NCBI RefSeq assembly: GCF_001735745.1
Contig: NZ_CP017260.1
Location: 990,001-1,022,000 of the forward strand
Length of the DNA stretch: 32,000 bases
Direction of reading: 5' to 3'
From: Formosa sp. Hel1_33_131
GTDB taxonomy: Bacteria; Bacteroidota; Bacteroidia; Flavobacteriales; Flavobacteriaceae
In this document: in pieces, positions 15,786 to 25,167 of the stretch
How the letters are laid out: each line of letters begins with the position of its first letter
Position numbering within the stretch: position 1 is the first letter of the stretch
Notes under the pieces: generated by a model
Seen by the model: only the letters and a program-made list of their open reading frames with translations
What the model was told of the DNA's origin: nothing
Databases searched by the model: none
Program-made: the position numbers and the translations under genes

Positions 15786-17077
15786 CGCGACTGCATCAAG
15801 GTTTCTATTTCTTCAACTTCAATAGGAATATCTTGCATTAAATTTAAAGGTGGGCCTTCAGCTTGAATGACAACATCGTCTTCGAGTCGGACGCCCATTT
15901 TTTCGTTAGGGATATAAATCCCTGGCTCTACCGTAAATACCATATTTGCCGTCATAGGTGTTTCTAAAGCACCAAAATCGTGGGTATCTAAGCCCATGTG
16001 GTGCGAAGTTCCATGCATGAAATATTTTTTATAAGCAGGCCATTTTGGATCCTCATTCTGAACATCTGCTTTGTCTATCAACCCTAAATTCAAAAGCTCA
16101 GAGGTCATCATTTTTCCAACTTCCACATGGTAGTCTTTCCAAATAGTGCCTGGAACAAGGAGTGCAGTCGCCTCGTTTTTAACATCTAAAACCGCTTGAT
16201 AAACAGCTTTTTGACGCGCTGTAAAACGACCATTCACTGGGATGGTTCGCGTCATGTCACTGGCGTAGTTCGCGTATTCTGCGCCTACGTCCATAAGCAA
16301 CATATCTCCATCCTTACAGGCTTGGTTATTTTCTATATAATGCAACACACAAGCGTTGTATCCCGATCCGATGATGGGCGTGTAAGCAAATCCTTTGGAG
16401 CGATTATTAAGAAACTCATGCATAAATTCTGCCTCAATTTCGTACTCCATAACACCAGGCTTTATAAAGCCCAACGCTCTTCTAAACCCTTTTTCTGTAA
16501 TGTCGCACGCTGTTTGCATCAATGCAATTTCTTCTGGTTCTTTCACGCCTCGAATCAATTCCATGATTGGAAAATTAGGCACAATCTCGTGATTCGGATA
16601 GGTAGATTTGATCATTTTTAAAAAACGATCGTCTCGAGTTTCCATTTCAACCGCTTGACGGTAATGGTTATTATTGTTAAAATAAAAACTGCTGGCTTCT
16701 GCCATCAATGTTGGAAAAATCGAATCAAATTCTTTTAACCAATACACCGTTTGAACTCCAGATGTAGCGGTTGCCTGAGACTTACTAAGTTTGGCACCTT
16801 CCCACACCGCAATGTGGTCATTGGTTTCTTTTAAAAATAAAATCTCCCTGTGTGCGGCTTCAGTTGAGCTTGGGAATAAAACTAAAATACTCTCTTCTTG
16901 ATCCACTCCACTGAGGTAAAAAATATTTCGGTGTTGTTCAAACGGAAGTGTGCTGTCTGCACCCGTAGAAAAAACATCATTAGAGTTAAACACAGCAATC
17001 GATTTAGGTTGCATCTGCTGTAAAAATTTAAATCTATTTTTTGTAAATAATTGAGAACTAATCGGTAGGTATTTCAT
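15782..17077 (-). CDS. pepP: Xaa-Pro aminopeptidase (M24B family)
   Basis: 431 aa with the M24 metal-ligand pattern MDVGAEY..YASDMTRT, HGTSHHMGLDTHD, FTVEPGIY and VRLEDDV, plus an aminopeptidase-P-type N-terminal domain. Confidence 0.85.
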   Translation of the reverse strand: MKYLPISSQLFTKNRFKFLQQMQPKSIAVFNSNDVFSTGADSTLPFEQHRNIFYLSGVDQEESILVLFPSSTEAAHREILFLKETNDHIAVWEGAKLSKSQATATSGVQTVYWLKEFDSIFPTLMAEASSFYFNNNNHYRQAVEMETRDDRFLKMIKSTYPNHEIVPNFPIMELIRGVKEPEEIALMQTACDITEKGFRRALGFIKPGVMEYEIEAEFMHEFLNNRSKGFAYTPIIGSGYNACVLHYIENNQACKDGDMLLMDVGAEYANYASDMTRTIPVNGRFTARQKAVYQAVLDVKNEATALLVPGTIWKDYHVEVGKMMTSELLNLGLIDKADVQNEDPKWPAYKKYFMHGTSHHMGLDTHDFGALETPMTANMVFTVEPGIYIPNEKMGVRLEDDVVIQAEGPPLNLMQDIPIEVEEIETLMQSR

Positions 17078-17312
17078 ATTTGTTTATTTTTAATGATCAA
17101 CTGCGACATCTATGATGTCATTTTTACTGAATATCAAGTTTTAGATAGGGATGGTTCACAATCTTATGTATTTAGTCCAAATTTAGAAAAAAAATTATAA
17201 TAATAGGTAAAATTTAAAATGTTAAAATACCTAAGAAGGAATCTGTTAATTTAAAATAATTATAAATAAGAAAATTAACACGAATGTTATTGTCTAAAAC
17301 GTTGTCGTGGAT

Positions 17313-17320
17313 TACCTTTG
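17313..17320 (+). promoter_or_regulatory. -7 promoter box (TACCTTTG), with a -33 TTG at 17290-17292, for sdhCAB
   Basis: It fits TTG-N20-TAnnTTTG and lies 26 nt upstream of the sdhC ATG. Confidence 0.5.
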
Positions 17321-17345
17321 CAAGGTTAAAAAATAGCATATAATT

Positions 17346-18029
17346 ATGAGTGGATTTTTAAAGTCTTCAATCGGAAAAAAGATAGCCATGGCGCTCTCAG
17401 CATTTTTCCTCATGTTTTTCATTTTACAACATTTTGCCATCAATATTCTATCTGTCATCAATCCAGACACTTTTAATGAGGTGTCTCATTTTATGGGGAC
17501 AAATTCTTTGGTTCAATTTGTCATGCAGCCGATTCTTATTTTTGGAGTTGTATTTCATTTTGCAATGGGCTTTGTGTTAGAATATAAAAATTATATGTCG
17601 CGATCTGTGAGCTATGCCAAAAATAATGGCAACGCAAATTCTACTTGGATGAGTAGAAACATGATTTATAGCGGCGGATTTATCTTGGTGTTTCTTGTGA
17701 TCCATTTTATTGATTTCTGGATTCCAGAACTAAACATCAAATACGTTGTTGGAGACTCTTCAGGGCTTTTAGCTGATGGATCAGACTATCGCTATTTTGA
17801 AGAACTTCAGCATAAATTTGTACCCCTTTGGCGCGTCGTTCTTTACTGCGTTGGGTTTATCTTTCTCGCATTGCATTTACTACACGGATTCAACTCTGCG
17901 TTTCAATCGGTTGGAGCAAATAATAAATATACCAAATCACTAAAAGGTTTTGGAAACGCATACGCAATACTGATCCCCCTAGGATTTATTGTCATCGCAC
18001 TCTTCCACTTTTTTAATAATACACACTAA
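17346..18029 (+). CDS. sdhC: succinate dehydrogenase/fumarate reductase cytochrome b subunit (b558 family)
   Basis: 227 aa, five hydrophobic helices with conserved His residues. It lies immediately upstream of sdhA and sdhB. Confidence 0.8.
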   Translation: MSGFLKSSIGKKIAMALSAFFLMFFILQHFAINILSVINPDTFNEVSHFMGTNSLVQFVMQPILIFGVVFHFAMGFVLEYKNYMSRSVSYAKNNGNANSTWMSRNMIYSGGFILVFLVIHFIDFWIPELNIKYVVGDSSGLLADGSDYRYFEELQHKFVPLWRVVLYCVGFIFLALHLLHGFNSAFQSVGANNKYTKSLKGFGNAYAILIPLGFIVIALFHFFNNTH

Positions 18030-18040
18030 AACATAGGATT

Positions 18041-20038
18041 ATGGCTTTAGATTCAAAAATACCAGATGGCCCTTTAGCAGACAAATGGACCAATCATAAA
18101 AATAACATTGACCTTGTAAATCCTGCCAACAAGCGTCACATCGACGTTATTATTGTTGGAACTGGACTTGCTGGTGGATCCGCTGCAGCGACCCTTGCTG
18201 AACTTGGCTACAACGTGAAAGCGTTTTGTTTTCAAGATTCTCCACGTCGAGCGCACTCTATCGCTGCACAAGGAGGCATCAACGCCGCTAAGAATTATCA
18301 AGGCGATGGCGATTCTACATACCGCTTATTTTACGATACGGTTAAAGGGGGCGATTACCGCTCACGTGAAGCAAACGTACACCGTTTAGCAGAAGTATCC
18401 ACCAACATCATTGACCAATGTGTTGCACAAGGCGTGCCTTTTGCAAGAGATTATGGAGGACTTTTAGACAACCGTTCTTTTGGAGGGGTTTTAGTTTCTA
18501 GAACGTTTTATGCCAAAGGGCAAACAGGTCAACAACTATTATTAGGAGCCTACTCTGCAATGAACCGACAGATTGGGCGTGGAAAAATAAAAATGTACAA
18601 CCGTCACGAAATGTTAGACGTGGTCATCGTAGGTGGAAAAGCCCGTGGGATTATCACTCGAAACTTAGTGACTGGCGAAATTGAACGCCACTCCGCTCAT
18701 GCAGTCGTGATAGGAACTGGAGGTTACGGAAACGTATTTTACCTTTCTACAAATGCGATGGGAAGTAATGCAACCGCTGCTTGGAAAGCCCACAAACGTG
18801 GTGCTTATTTTGCAAACCCTTGCTACACACAAATTCACCCAACCTGTATTCCGGTTTCGGGAGACCACCAATCAAAATTAACCCTGATGTCTGAATCCTT
18901 AAGGAATGATGGACGTATATGGGTACCAAAAAAATTAGAGGATGCCAAAGCGATTCAAAATCGTGAATTAAAACCTACAGACCTTGCTGAAGATCAACGT
19001 GATTATTTCTTAGAACGACGCTATCCGGCATTCGGAAACTTAGTCCCTAGAGATGTAGCTTCTCGAGCTGCTAAAGAACGTTGTGACGAAGGTTTTGGCG
19101 TGAATAAAACAGGGGAAGCTGTCTTTTTAGACTTTGCTGCCGCCATTATCAGATACGGTAAAGAAAAAGCACACGTTAAAGGATTGAATGAAGACGATAC
19201 TTCACTGATCCAAACCTTAGGAAAAGAAGTCGTTAAAAGTAAATACGGCAACTTATTCCAGATGTACGAGAAGATTGTGGATGAAAATCCATACGAAACA
19301 CCGATGATGATTTATCCAGCCGTACACTACACAATGGGTGGCGTTTGGGTTGATTATAATTTACAAACAACCATTCCAGGGCTTTATGCAATTGGAGAAG
19401 CTAATTTCTCTGATCATGGTGCCAACCGTTTAGGAGCTTCGGCATTGATGCAAGGATTGGCAGATGGCTATTTTGTATTGCCATACACTATTGGGAACTA
19501 TTTGTCTAAAGACATTAGAACAGGACCAATTCCAACAGATACTGTAGAATTTGAAGAAGCAGAAGCTAAGGTGACTTCGGAAATTAAGCACTTTATCAAT
19601 AATAAAGGAACCAAGCCTGTGGATTATTTTCACAAACGTCTTGGTAAAATTATGTGGAACAAATGTGGAATGGCTCGAAATGAAAAAGAGTTAAAAGAAG
19701 CGATTGAAGAAATAGCTGCACTTCGTGAGGAGTTTTATAAAGATGTACTAGTCCCAGGTTCTGCTGATGAATTTAATGAAGAATTAGCAAAAGCAGGTCG
19801 AGTGGCAGATTTCCTTGAATTAGGAGAATTGTTCGCAAAAGATGCCTTGGTACGTGAAGAATCTGCTGGAGGACACTTTAGAGAAGAACACCAAACTCCA
19901 GAAGGAGAAGCACAACGAAAAAAAGAGTTTCAGTTTGTATCTGCATGGGAATACAAAGGAGCCCCTAAGGATGCAGAATTGCATAAAGAAGCATTAGTTT
20001 ACGATAATATTGAAGTTAAAGAACGCTCATACAAATAA
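18041..20038 (+). CDS. sdhA: succinate dehydrogenase/fumarate reductase flavoprotein subunit
   Basis: 665 aa with FAD-binding [23 protein letters not shown] (covalent-FAD His region), HYTMGG and GANRLG motifs. Confidence 0.95.
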   Translation: MALDSKIPDGPLADKWTNHKNNIDLVNPANKRHIDVIIVGTGLAGGSAAATLAELGYNVKAFCFQDSPRRAHSIAAQGGINAAKNYQGDGDSTYRLFYDTVKGGDYRSREANVHRLAEVSTNIIDQCVAQGVPFARDYGGLLDNRSFGGVLVSRTFYAKGQTGQQLLLGAYSAMNRQIGRGKIKMYNRHEMLDVVIVGGKARGIITRNLVTGEIERHSAHAVVIGTGGYGNVFYLSTNAMGSNATAAWKAHKRGAYFANPCYTQIHPTCIPVSGDHQSKLTLMSESLRNDGRIWVPKKLEDAKAIQNRELKPTDLAEDQRDYFLERRYPAFGNLVPRDVASRAAKERCDEGFGVNKTGEAVFLDFAAAIIRYGKEKAHVKGLNEDDTSLIQTLGKEVVKSKYGNLFQMYEKIVDENPYETPMMIYPAVHYTMGGVWVDYNLQTTIPGLYAIGEANFSDHGANRLGASALMQGLADGYFVLPYTIGNYLSKDIRTGPIPTDTVEFEEAEAKVTSEIKHFINNKGTKPVDYFHKRLGKIMWNKCGMARNEKELKEAIEEIAALREEFYKDVLVPGSADEFNEELAKAGRVADFLELGELFAKDALVREESAGGHFREEHQTPEGEAQRKKEFQFVSAWEYKGAPKDAELHKEALVYDNIEVKERSYK

Positions 20039-20046
20039 GAACTGCT

Positions 20047-20793
20047 ATGAATTTAACATTACAAATATGGCGACAAAAAAACGCCACTACTGAAGGAAAA
20101 ATTGTAGAATACCCTATTGAAGATATTTCTCCAGACATGTCATTTCTTGAAATGCTGGATGTTTTAAACATGCAACTTATCACCAATGGCGATTCGCCTG
20201 TAGCATTTGACCACGATTGTAGAGAAGGCATTTGCGGATCTTGTTCCCTATATATTAATGGAGAAGCACATGGACCCGATCGACTTGTGACCACCTGTCA
20301 ATTGCACATGCGTAAATTTAAAGATGGGGACACCATTTTTATTGAGCCCTTTAGAGCAGATGCATTTCCAGTCATAAAAGATTTAATTGTGGACCGTTCA
20401 GCATTTGATAGAATTCAACATTCTGGTGGTTTTATTTCAGTCAATACTTCTGGGAATACACAAGATGGAAATTCAATTCCAATTTCAAAACACGATGCAG
20501 ACGAGGCGATGGATGCTGCGACTTGTATAGGCTGTGGTGCTTGTGTCGCGACGTGTAAAAACTCATCCGCAATGCTTTTTGTGGGGGCTAAAGTATCACA
20601 ATACGCATTACTACCACAAGGTCAAATTGAAGCCACAGACCGTGTTCAAAACATGGTAGCTCAAATGGATTTAGAAGGGTTTGGAAACTGTACCAATACG
20701 GGGGCTTGTGAAGTAGAATGTCCGAAAGGAATATCGTTGGAAAACATTGCACGTATGAATCGCGAATTGATCAAAGCAAGTTTGAAGTCTTAA
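20047..20793 (+). CDS. sdhB: succinate dehydrogenase/fumarate reductase iron-sulfur subunit
   Basis: 248 aa with three Cys clusters: [22 protein letters not shown] and [12 protein letters not shown]. Confidence 0.95.
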   Translation: MNLTLQIWRQKNATTEGKIVEYPIEDISPDMSFLEMLDVLNMQLITNGDSPVAFDHDCREGICGSCSLYINGEAHGPDRLVTTCQLHMRKFKDGDTIFIEPFRADAFPVIKDLIVDRSAFDRIQHSGGFISVNTSGNTQDGNSIPISKHDADEAMDAATCIGCGACVATCKNSSAMLFVGAKVSQYALLPQGQIEATDRVQNMVAQMDLEGFGNCTNTGACEVECPKGISLENIARMNRELIKASLKS

Positions 20794-22391
20794 TCTTCTA
20801 AGATAAATTCTTCAATCGTATCCCATCCTGCGCGAACCTCAACAGGTTCTAGAGCATAGCTCACACGTTCCGGTTGGATTTTCTTTAAATAATCACCGGA
20901 GTCATAGACTCCGTTTTTATTGGTATCAAAAATCACTCTTAGAAAATAGATGCCTGGCGTCACCTCATTAAAATCTACTGGCGAGGCTTCTTCCGATAGA
21001 GATGTTTCGACCACCGCACCTTTATCATCTGTAAGCTGTACAATCAAAGGATAGACTCCGTTACGAATTTCAATACGAACATCGCCATAAGTTGACTGTA
21101 ATTTAGTCGTCACTTTAAAATTTAGAGTATCATTTTGAGCCCCATAAAAATCGGTAAAAGCCCCTGGAAGCATTTCTATCGCATAGCTGTTTTCTTCTGT
21201 TTTATCAAAATTGAATTCAACCGTATTTGTAAAGGGGTCCAAGGCCATTGTGGGGTTCTGAAACACAGAATCCTTATCCCTAACACGCACTTTGGTGGCA
21301 TCCATAGAATCTAAGGGAATCGTTGCACTTAGCTTATAAGACTCCTTTAATTTGAGCGAAGAACTAATGGACTTAAATACCAAAGAATCCGATTTAAAAT
21401 CCTTTATCTTCACCACCGTTGTATCAATAGTTTGTTTGTGTGTCATTTCAAAAATCAACGAATCCACTTCCAATTTTGGACGGAACCAATAGTTGAGCGT
21501 GTCTTTGTCCGCCTCTTTGGTGACGACTGAAGCATAGCCCTCAGGAACGTCAGAAAGCAACTTAATGTCCATTATTTCGCCAGCGCCTTCATACCCAAAA
21601 GCAAGCTTAGTGGACGACACTTGTCTGGCTCTTTTAAATTTATAATCGATGGATTCTTTAAACATTTTTAACACATAAGCCGTATCTGACGGCACCGTTA
21701 TAAACTGTTTTCTATACCCTATTATATCTGATTTCGGTTGGTAGGTATAATTAGGATTTTCTTCTTTGAGTGCTGCTAAAAGATAGGTGCCCTCTTTGAT
21801 GTTTTCTAAACTAAACCCAGAAACACTGTCCGTATTTGTGATGTATTTTGGTTTCTGTTTATAAACAATAGAATCTGTAAAAGTGGAGTCCACTTCATAT
21901 AATAAGACGGCGATGCGATCGTCCACTTCTTTGTTCAAAGCATCTGTAACGATCCCAGAAACCGAAAGCGAATCAATATAACTCCCCGTAGAAAACACGT
22001 ATTTATAATATGGAAATAAATTCCCTTCATTGTTATCGGCGATACTTTCACCAAAGTTAAACGCATAAGTGGTATTTGCTTGAAGCGTATCCAGTATTTT
22101 AATCTTAATATACTTACTAGCACTTCCAACCGGGGTAATTTCTGGTTCAGGATCCATGAATGGAGAAATGATCAGTTGCTTTTGCAAATCTTTCATTTTG
22201 ATGTATTCATCAAAATAAATAATGATTTCTTTTGAGTCAAAATTTAGAGAAAAATTCTCTGGAATCGATTTTATAATCACTGGTGGCTCTTCATCTTTTG
22301 GCCCACCAGATGCAGTCCCTTTGTTGGCACACTGAGTGAAAATAAAACTTACAACCACTAAAAACCCTAAATTCGCTAACTTCTTACCCAT
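20790..22391 (-). CDS. Ig-like (Big_5/SbsA-type) domain lipoprotein, function unknown
   Basis: 533 aa with signal and lipobox FIFTQC. The N-terminal segment [29 protein letters not shown]...[17 protein letters not shown] resembles bacterial Ig-like Big_5 domains. Confidence 0.55.
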   Translation of the reverse strand: MGKKLANLGFLVVVSFIFTQCANKGTASGGPKDEEPPVIIKSIPENFSLNFDSKEIIIYFDEYIKMKDLQKQLIISPFMDPEPEITPVGSASKYIKIKILDTLQANTTYAFNFGESIADNNEGNLFPYYKYVFSTGSYIDSLSVSGIVTDALNKEVDDRIAVLLYEVDSTFTDSIVYKQKPKYITNTDSVSGFSLENIKEGTYLLAALKEENPNYTYQPKSDIIGYRKQFITVPSDTAYVLKMFKESIDYKFKRARQVSSTKLAFGYEGAGEIMDIKLLSDVPEGYASVVTKEADKDTLNYWFRPKLEVDSLIFEMTHKQTIDTTVVKIKDFKSDSLVFKSISSSLKLKESYKLSATIPLDSMDATKVRVRDKDSVFQNPTMALDPFTNTVEFNFDKTEENSYAIEMLPGAFTDFYGAQNDTLNFKVTTKLQSTYGDVRIEIRNGVYPLIVQLTDDKGAVVETSLSEEASPVDFNEVTPGIYFLRVIFDTNKNGVYDSGDYLKKIQPERVSYALEPVEVRAGWDTIEEFILED

Positions 22392-22431
22392 TAATACTGC
22401 ATTTTACGCAAAGTAACAACATATTTTAGTA

Positions 22432-23124
22432 CTAACGAAAAATGGAATGTGTAATTGCAATGGTTGCAACGCTTAATCGACTCTTGTTTGCTGAATTTAG
22501 AACCAATGCACAAGCTTCAATCGTTGCCCCTGTTGTGATGATATCATCCACTAATAGTATATGTTTATGTTCAATCGTGTTTATATTTCGGGCATAAAAA
22601 CTATGAACCACGGATTGGAAACGCGCTTCTCGAGACTGAAACACTTGGGTTTTGGTGTTGACCGATTTTAGAAGCACATCATCAACGTACGAAGCATTCA
22701 ACACTTTGGCGATTTGTTGTCCAAAAAGAGCCGATTGATTATACCCTCTTTGTTTTAATTTTTTAGAATGTATTGGCACAGGAATTACAACATCAATGGA
22801 TTTAAAATACGGAGAATCAAGTAATTCAGCACCCAACCAGTTGCCAAAAATACGCCCAATGTCTTCTTTGCCTTTGTATTTTAGATGATGCAATAGCTGT
22901 TGTGCCTTTCCGCTTTTATGAAAATAGAAAAGCGCCGTTGCCGCTTCTAAGTGTATCCGACCATAAAAGATTTTCTTCACTGTTTCAGGACGTTCAAAAT
23001 GGTAATTGGTTAACGGCAACTCGTGCCGACACTCCACACAAATATCCGGTTCGTTGTCAATTAAAATCGCATCGCAAGCGTGGCATGTTTTCGGAAAAAA
23101 TAGGTTTACGAGACTTGAGAGCAT
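22432..23124 (-). CDS. comF: ComF family protein (phosphoribosyltransferase domain)
   Basis: 230 aa with N-terminal Cys pairs (CHACD...CVECRHEL) and the PRTase motif ILLVDDIITTGATI. Confidence 0.8.
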   Translation of the reverse strand: MLSSLVNLFFPKTCHACDAILIDNEPDICVECRHELPLTNYHFERPETVKKIFYGRIHLEAATALFYFHKSGKAQQLLHHLKYKGKEDIGRIFGNWLGAELLDSPYFKSIDVVIPVPIHSKKLKQRGYNQSALFGQQIAKVLNASYVDDVLLKSVNTKTQVFQSREARFQSVVHSFYARNINTIEHKHILLVDDIITTGATIEACALVLNSANKSRLSVATIAITHSIFR

Positions 23125-23220
23125 ACAAAGTACATTTAGGTGGGAATAAAATTAAAATAATATTTTATATTTCATCCTCACTTTAAGTTTAATTTAAAAA
23201 GTGTTTTCTATTTTTGTAAC

Positions 23221-24765
23221 ATGACAAATCAAGGGGAAAGTTTCAAGAAAGTTATTTCGCATGCCAAAGAATACGGATTTGTATTTCAGAGTAGTGAAAT
23301 TTACGATGGCCTAAGTGCTATTTACGATTATGCACAAAATGGTGTAGAGTTAAAGAAAAATATTCGTGAGTATTGGTGGAAAGCCATGGTTCAAATGAAT
23401 GAGAACATCGTAGGTTTAGATGCGGCTATTTTCATGCATCCTACTACTTGGAAAGCGTCTGGTCACGTCGATGCTTTTAACGATCCTTTGATTGACAATA
23501 AAGATTCTAAAAAACGCTACAGAGCCGATGTTCTTGTGGAAGATTATTGTGCTAAAATTGAAGGCAAGATTGAGAAAGAAGTCAAGAAAGCTGAAAAACG
23601 TTTTGGAGACAGTTTTGATAAAAGCGAGTTCATCTCAACAAACGGAAGAGTCGTTGGCTATCAAACCAAAATAAACAGCATTTTATCGCGACTGGCCAAA
23701 TCTTTAGAAAATGAAGATTTAGCCGATGTGAAAGCACTTATTGAAGAACTTGAAATTGCAGACCCTTTAACCGGTAGTAAAAACTGGACCGATGTAAAGC
23801 AATTCAACCTGATGTTTGGCACCAAACTAGGCGCTTCCGCCGAAAGTGCGATGGATTTATATTTACGTCCTGAAACAGCCCAAGGTATTTTTGTAAATTT
23901 TTTAAACGTTCAAAAATCGGGGCGCATGAAAATCCCTTTTGGAATTGCACAAACAGGAAAAGCTTTTAGAAATGAAATTGTAGCACGTCAGTTTATTTTT
24001 AGAATGCGTGAATTTGAACAAATGGAAATGCAATATTTCATCAAACCAGGAACTCAAAAACAATGGTACGAGCATTGGAAAGAAGCCCGTATGAAATGGC
24101 ATTTATCATTAGGGATGGGCGCCGACAATTACCGATTCCACGATCATGAAAAATTAGCACACTATGCAGATGCTGCTTCCGATATCGAATTTAAATTCCC
24201 TTTTGGATTCAAAGAATTAGAAGGCATTCACTCACGTACCGACTTTGATTTAAGTCAACACGAAAAACATTCTGGCAAAAAACTTCAATATTTTGACCAC
24301 GAAGAAAATAAAAATTACACACCTTACGTTCTAGAAACGTCCATCGGATTGGACCGTATGTTTTTGGCCGTATTTTCAAATGCATTGACCGAAGAAACTT
24401 TAGAAAATAATACCACTCGAACCGTGTTGAAACTGCCCGCAGTCTTAGCACCTATCAAAGCAGCGATTTTACCCCTGGTAAAAAAGGATGGATTGCCTGA
24501 AGTTGCAAAAACTATTTTAAGTGATTTGAAATGGGATTTCAATGTGGTATATGATGAAAAAGATGCGGTTGGAAGACGTTACCGTCGCCAGGATGCACTA
24601 GGAACACCCTTTTGTATTACCGTGGATCATGATACTTTGGAAGATCATTGTGTCACCATCAGACATCGGGATTCAATGCAACAACAACGAGTAAAAATAG
24701 AAGATTTAAAAACGATTATTGAAAATGAAGTCGCCATGAAACACTGGCTAAAGAAAATTAACTAG
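23221..24765 (+). CDS. glyQS: glycine--tRNA ligase (dimeric class II type)
   Basis: 514 aa with class II motifs (RPETAQGIFVNF, FRNEI..R, GLDR) and a C-terminal anticodon-binding domain. Confidence 0.95.
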   Translation: MTNQGESFKKVISHAKEYGFVFQSSEIYDGLSAIYDYAQNGVELKKNIREYWWKAMVQMNENIVGLDAAIFMHPTTWKASGHVDAFNDPLIDNKDSKKRYRADVLVEDYCAKIEGKIEKEVKKAEKRFGDSFDKSEFISTNGRVVGYQTKINSILSRLAKSLENEDLADVKALIEELEIADPLTGSKNWTDVKQFNLMFGTKLGASAESAMDLYLRPETAQGIFVNFLNVQKSGRMKIPFGIAQTGKAFRNEIVARQFIFRMREFEQMEMQYFIKPGTQKQWYEHWKEARMKWHLSLGMGADNYRFHDHEKLAHYADAASDIEFKFPFGFKELEGIHSRTDFDLSQHEKHSGKKLQYFDHEENKNYTPYVLETSIGLDRMFLAVFSNALTEETLENNTTRTVLKLPAVLAPIKAAILPLVKKDGLPEVAKTILSDLKWDFNVVYDEKDAVGRRYRRQDALGTPFCITVDHDTLEDHCVTIRHRDSMQQQRVKIEDLKTIIENEVAMKHWLKKIN

Positions 24766-24784
24766 AGATTAAATTTAACCAATT

Positions 24785-24983
24785 TTGATATTAAACATAA
24801 AACACCTTTTTTATATACTGGTATTTTTAAATACGAGTACTTTTTTTGGTCAAATAAATGACCCTCCAACAGTGACCGCTGTTGGCGATCAAATCTATTG
24901 TCCTCAAAGTCAACAGCGGATTGTGACTTATTTTAACGTCACCGACCCAGATGATACGCTTATAGCAGCCAATTGGAATGCAA
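24785..24983 (+). pseudogene. truncated 5' fragment of the C-type-lectin adhesin gene
   Basis: It has the same TTG start, signal peptide and first 60 codons as the gene at 25168 (MILNIKHLFYILVFLNTSTFFGQINDPPTVTAVGDQIYCPQSQQRIVT...). It then has an in-frame 81-bp gap relative to 25348-25428 and about 20 nt matching 25429-25446. After that it breaks into glyQS-like sequence in another frame. Confidence 0.75.
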
Positions 24984-25148
24984 GGGAAACCGTTTTGCAT
25001 TACTGTAGATCATGACACTTTAGAAGACCATTGCGCCACCATCAGACATCGAGACTCCGTGGAGCAACAACGTGTGAAAATAGAAATTTTAAAAACAATA
25101 ATTGAAAATGAAGTCGCCATGAAATAGTGGCTAAAGAAAATTAACCAG
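24984..25148 (+). pseudogene. diverged duplicate of the glyQS 3' end (last ~54 codons) with a premature stop
   Basis: It translates to GKPFCITVDHDTLEDHCATIRHRDSVEQQRVKIEILKTIIENEVAMK*WLKKINQ. The genuine glyQS end is GTPFCITVDHDTLEDHCVTIRHRDSMQQQRVKIEDLKTIIENEVAMKHWLKKIN*. A TAG lies at 25125-25127, and the original stop position reads CAG. Confidence 0.85.
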
Positions 25149-25167
25149 AGATTAAATTTAACCAATT

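Noticed and set aside
17105-17119. GACATC-TAT-GATGTC palindrome followed by a T-run in the long pepP/sdhC intergenic region as a terminator or sRNA end
   Set aside because: The stem is only 6 bp. No upstream plus-strand gene needs termination there, and no promoter box was found upstream of it. It could be a minor operator-like palindrome, but the evidence is too thin.
23209-23216. TATTTTTG box as the glyQS promoter
   Set aside because: It matches TAnnTTTG but ends only 4 nt before the ATG. That would imply a leaderless or truncated mRNA. I cannot support it without TSS data.
24785-25015. 76-aa ORF from the track (MILNIKHLFYILVFLNTSTFFGQ...ETVLHYCRS) as a genuine small secreted protein gene
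   Set aside because: It is a chimera. Its first ~60 codons duplicate the adhesin 5' end, and the tail is the glyQS-like fragment read out of frame. It is best explained as a pseudogene relic of the 383-bp duplication. Expression is not excluded, but nothing supports a function.
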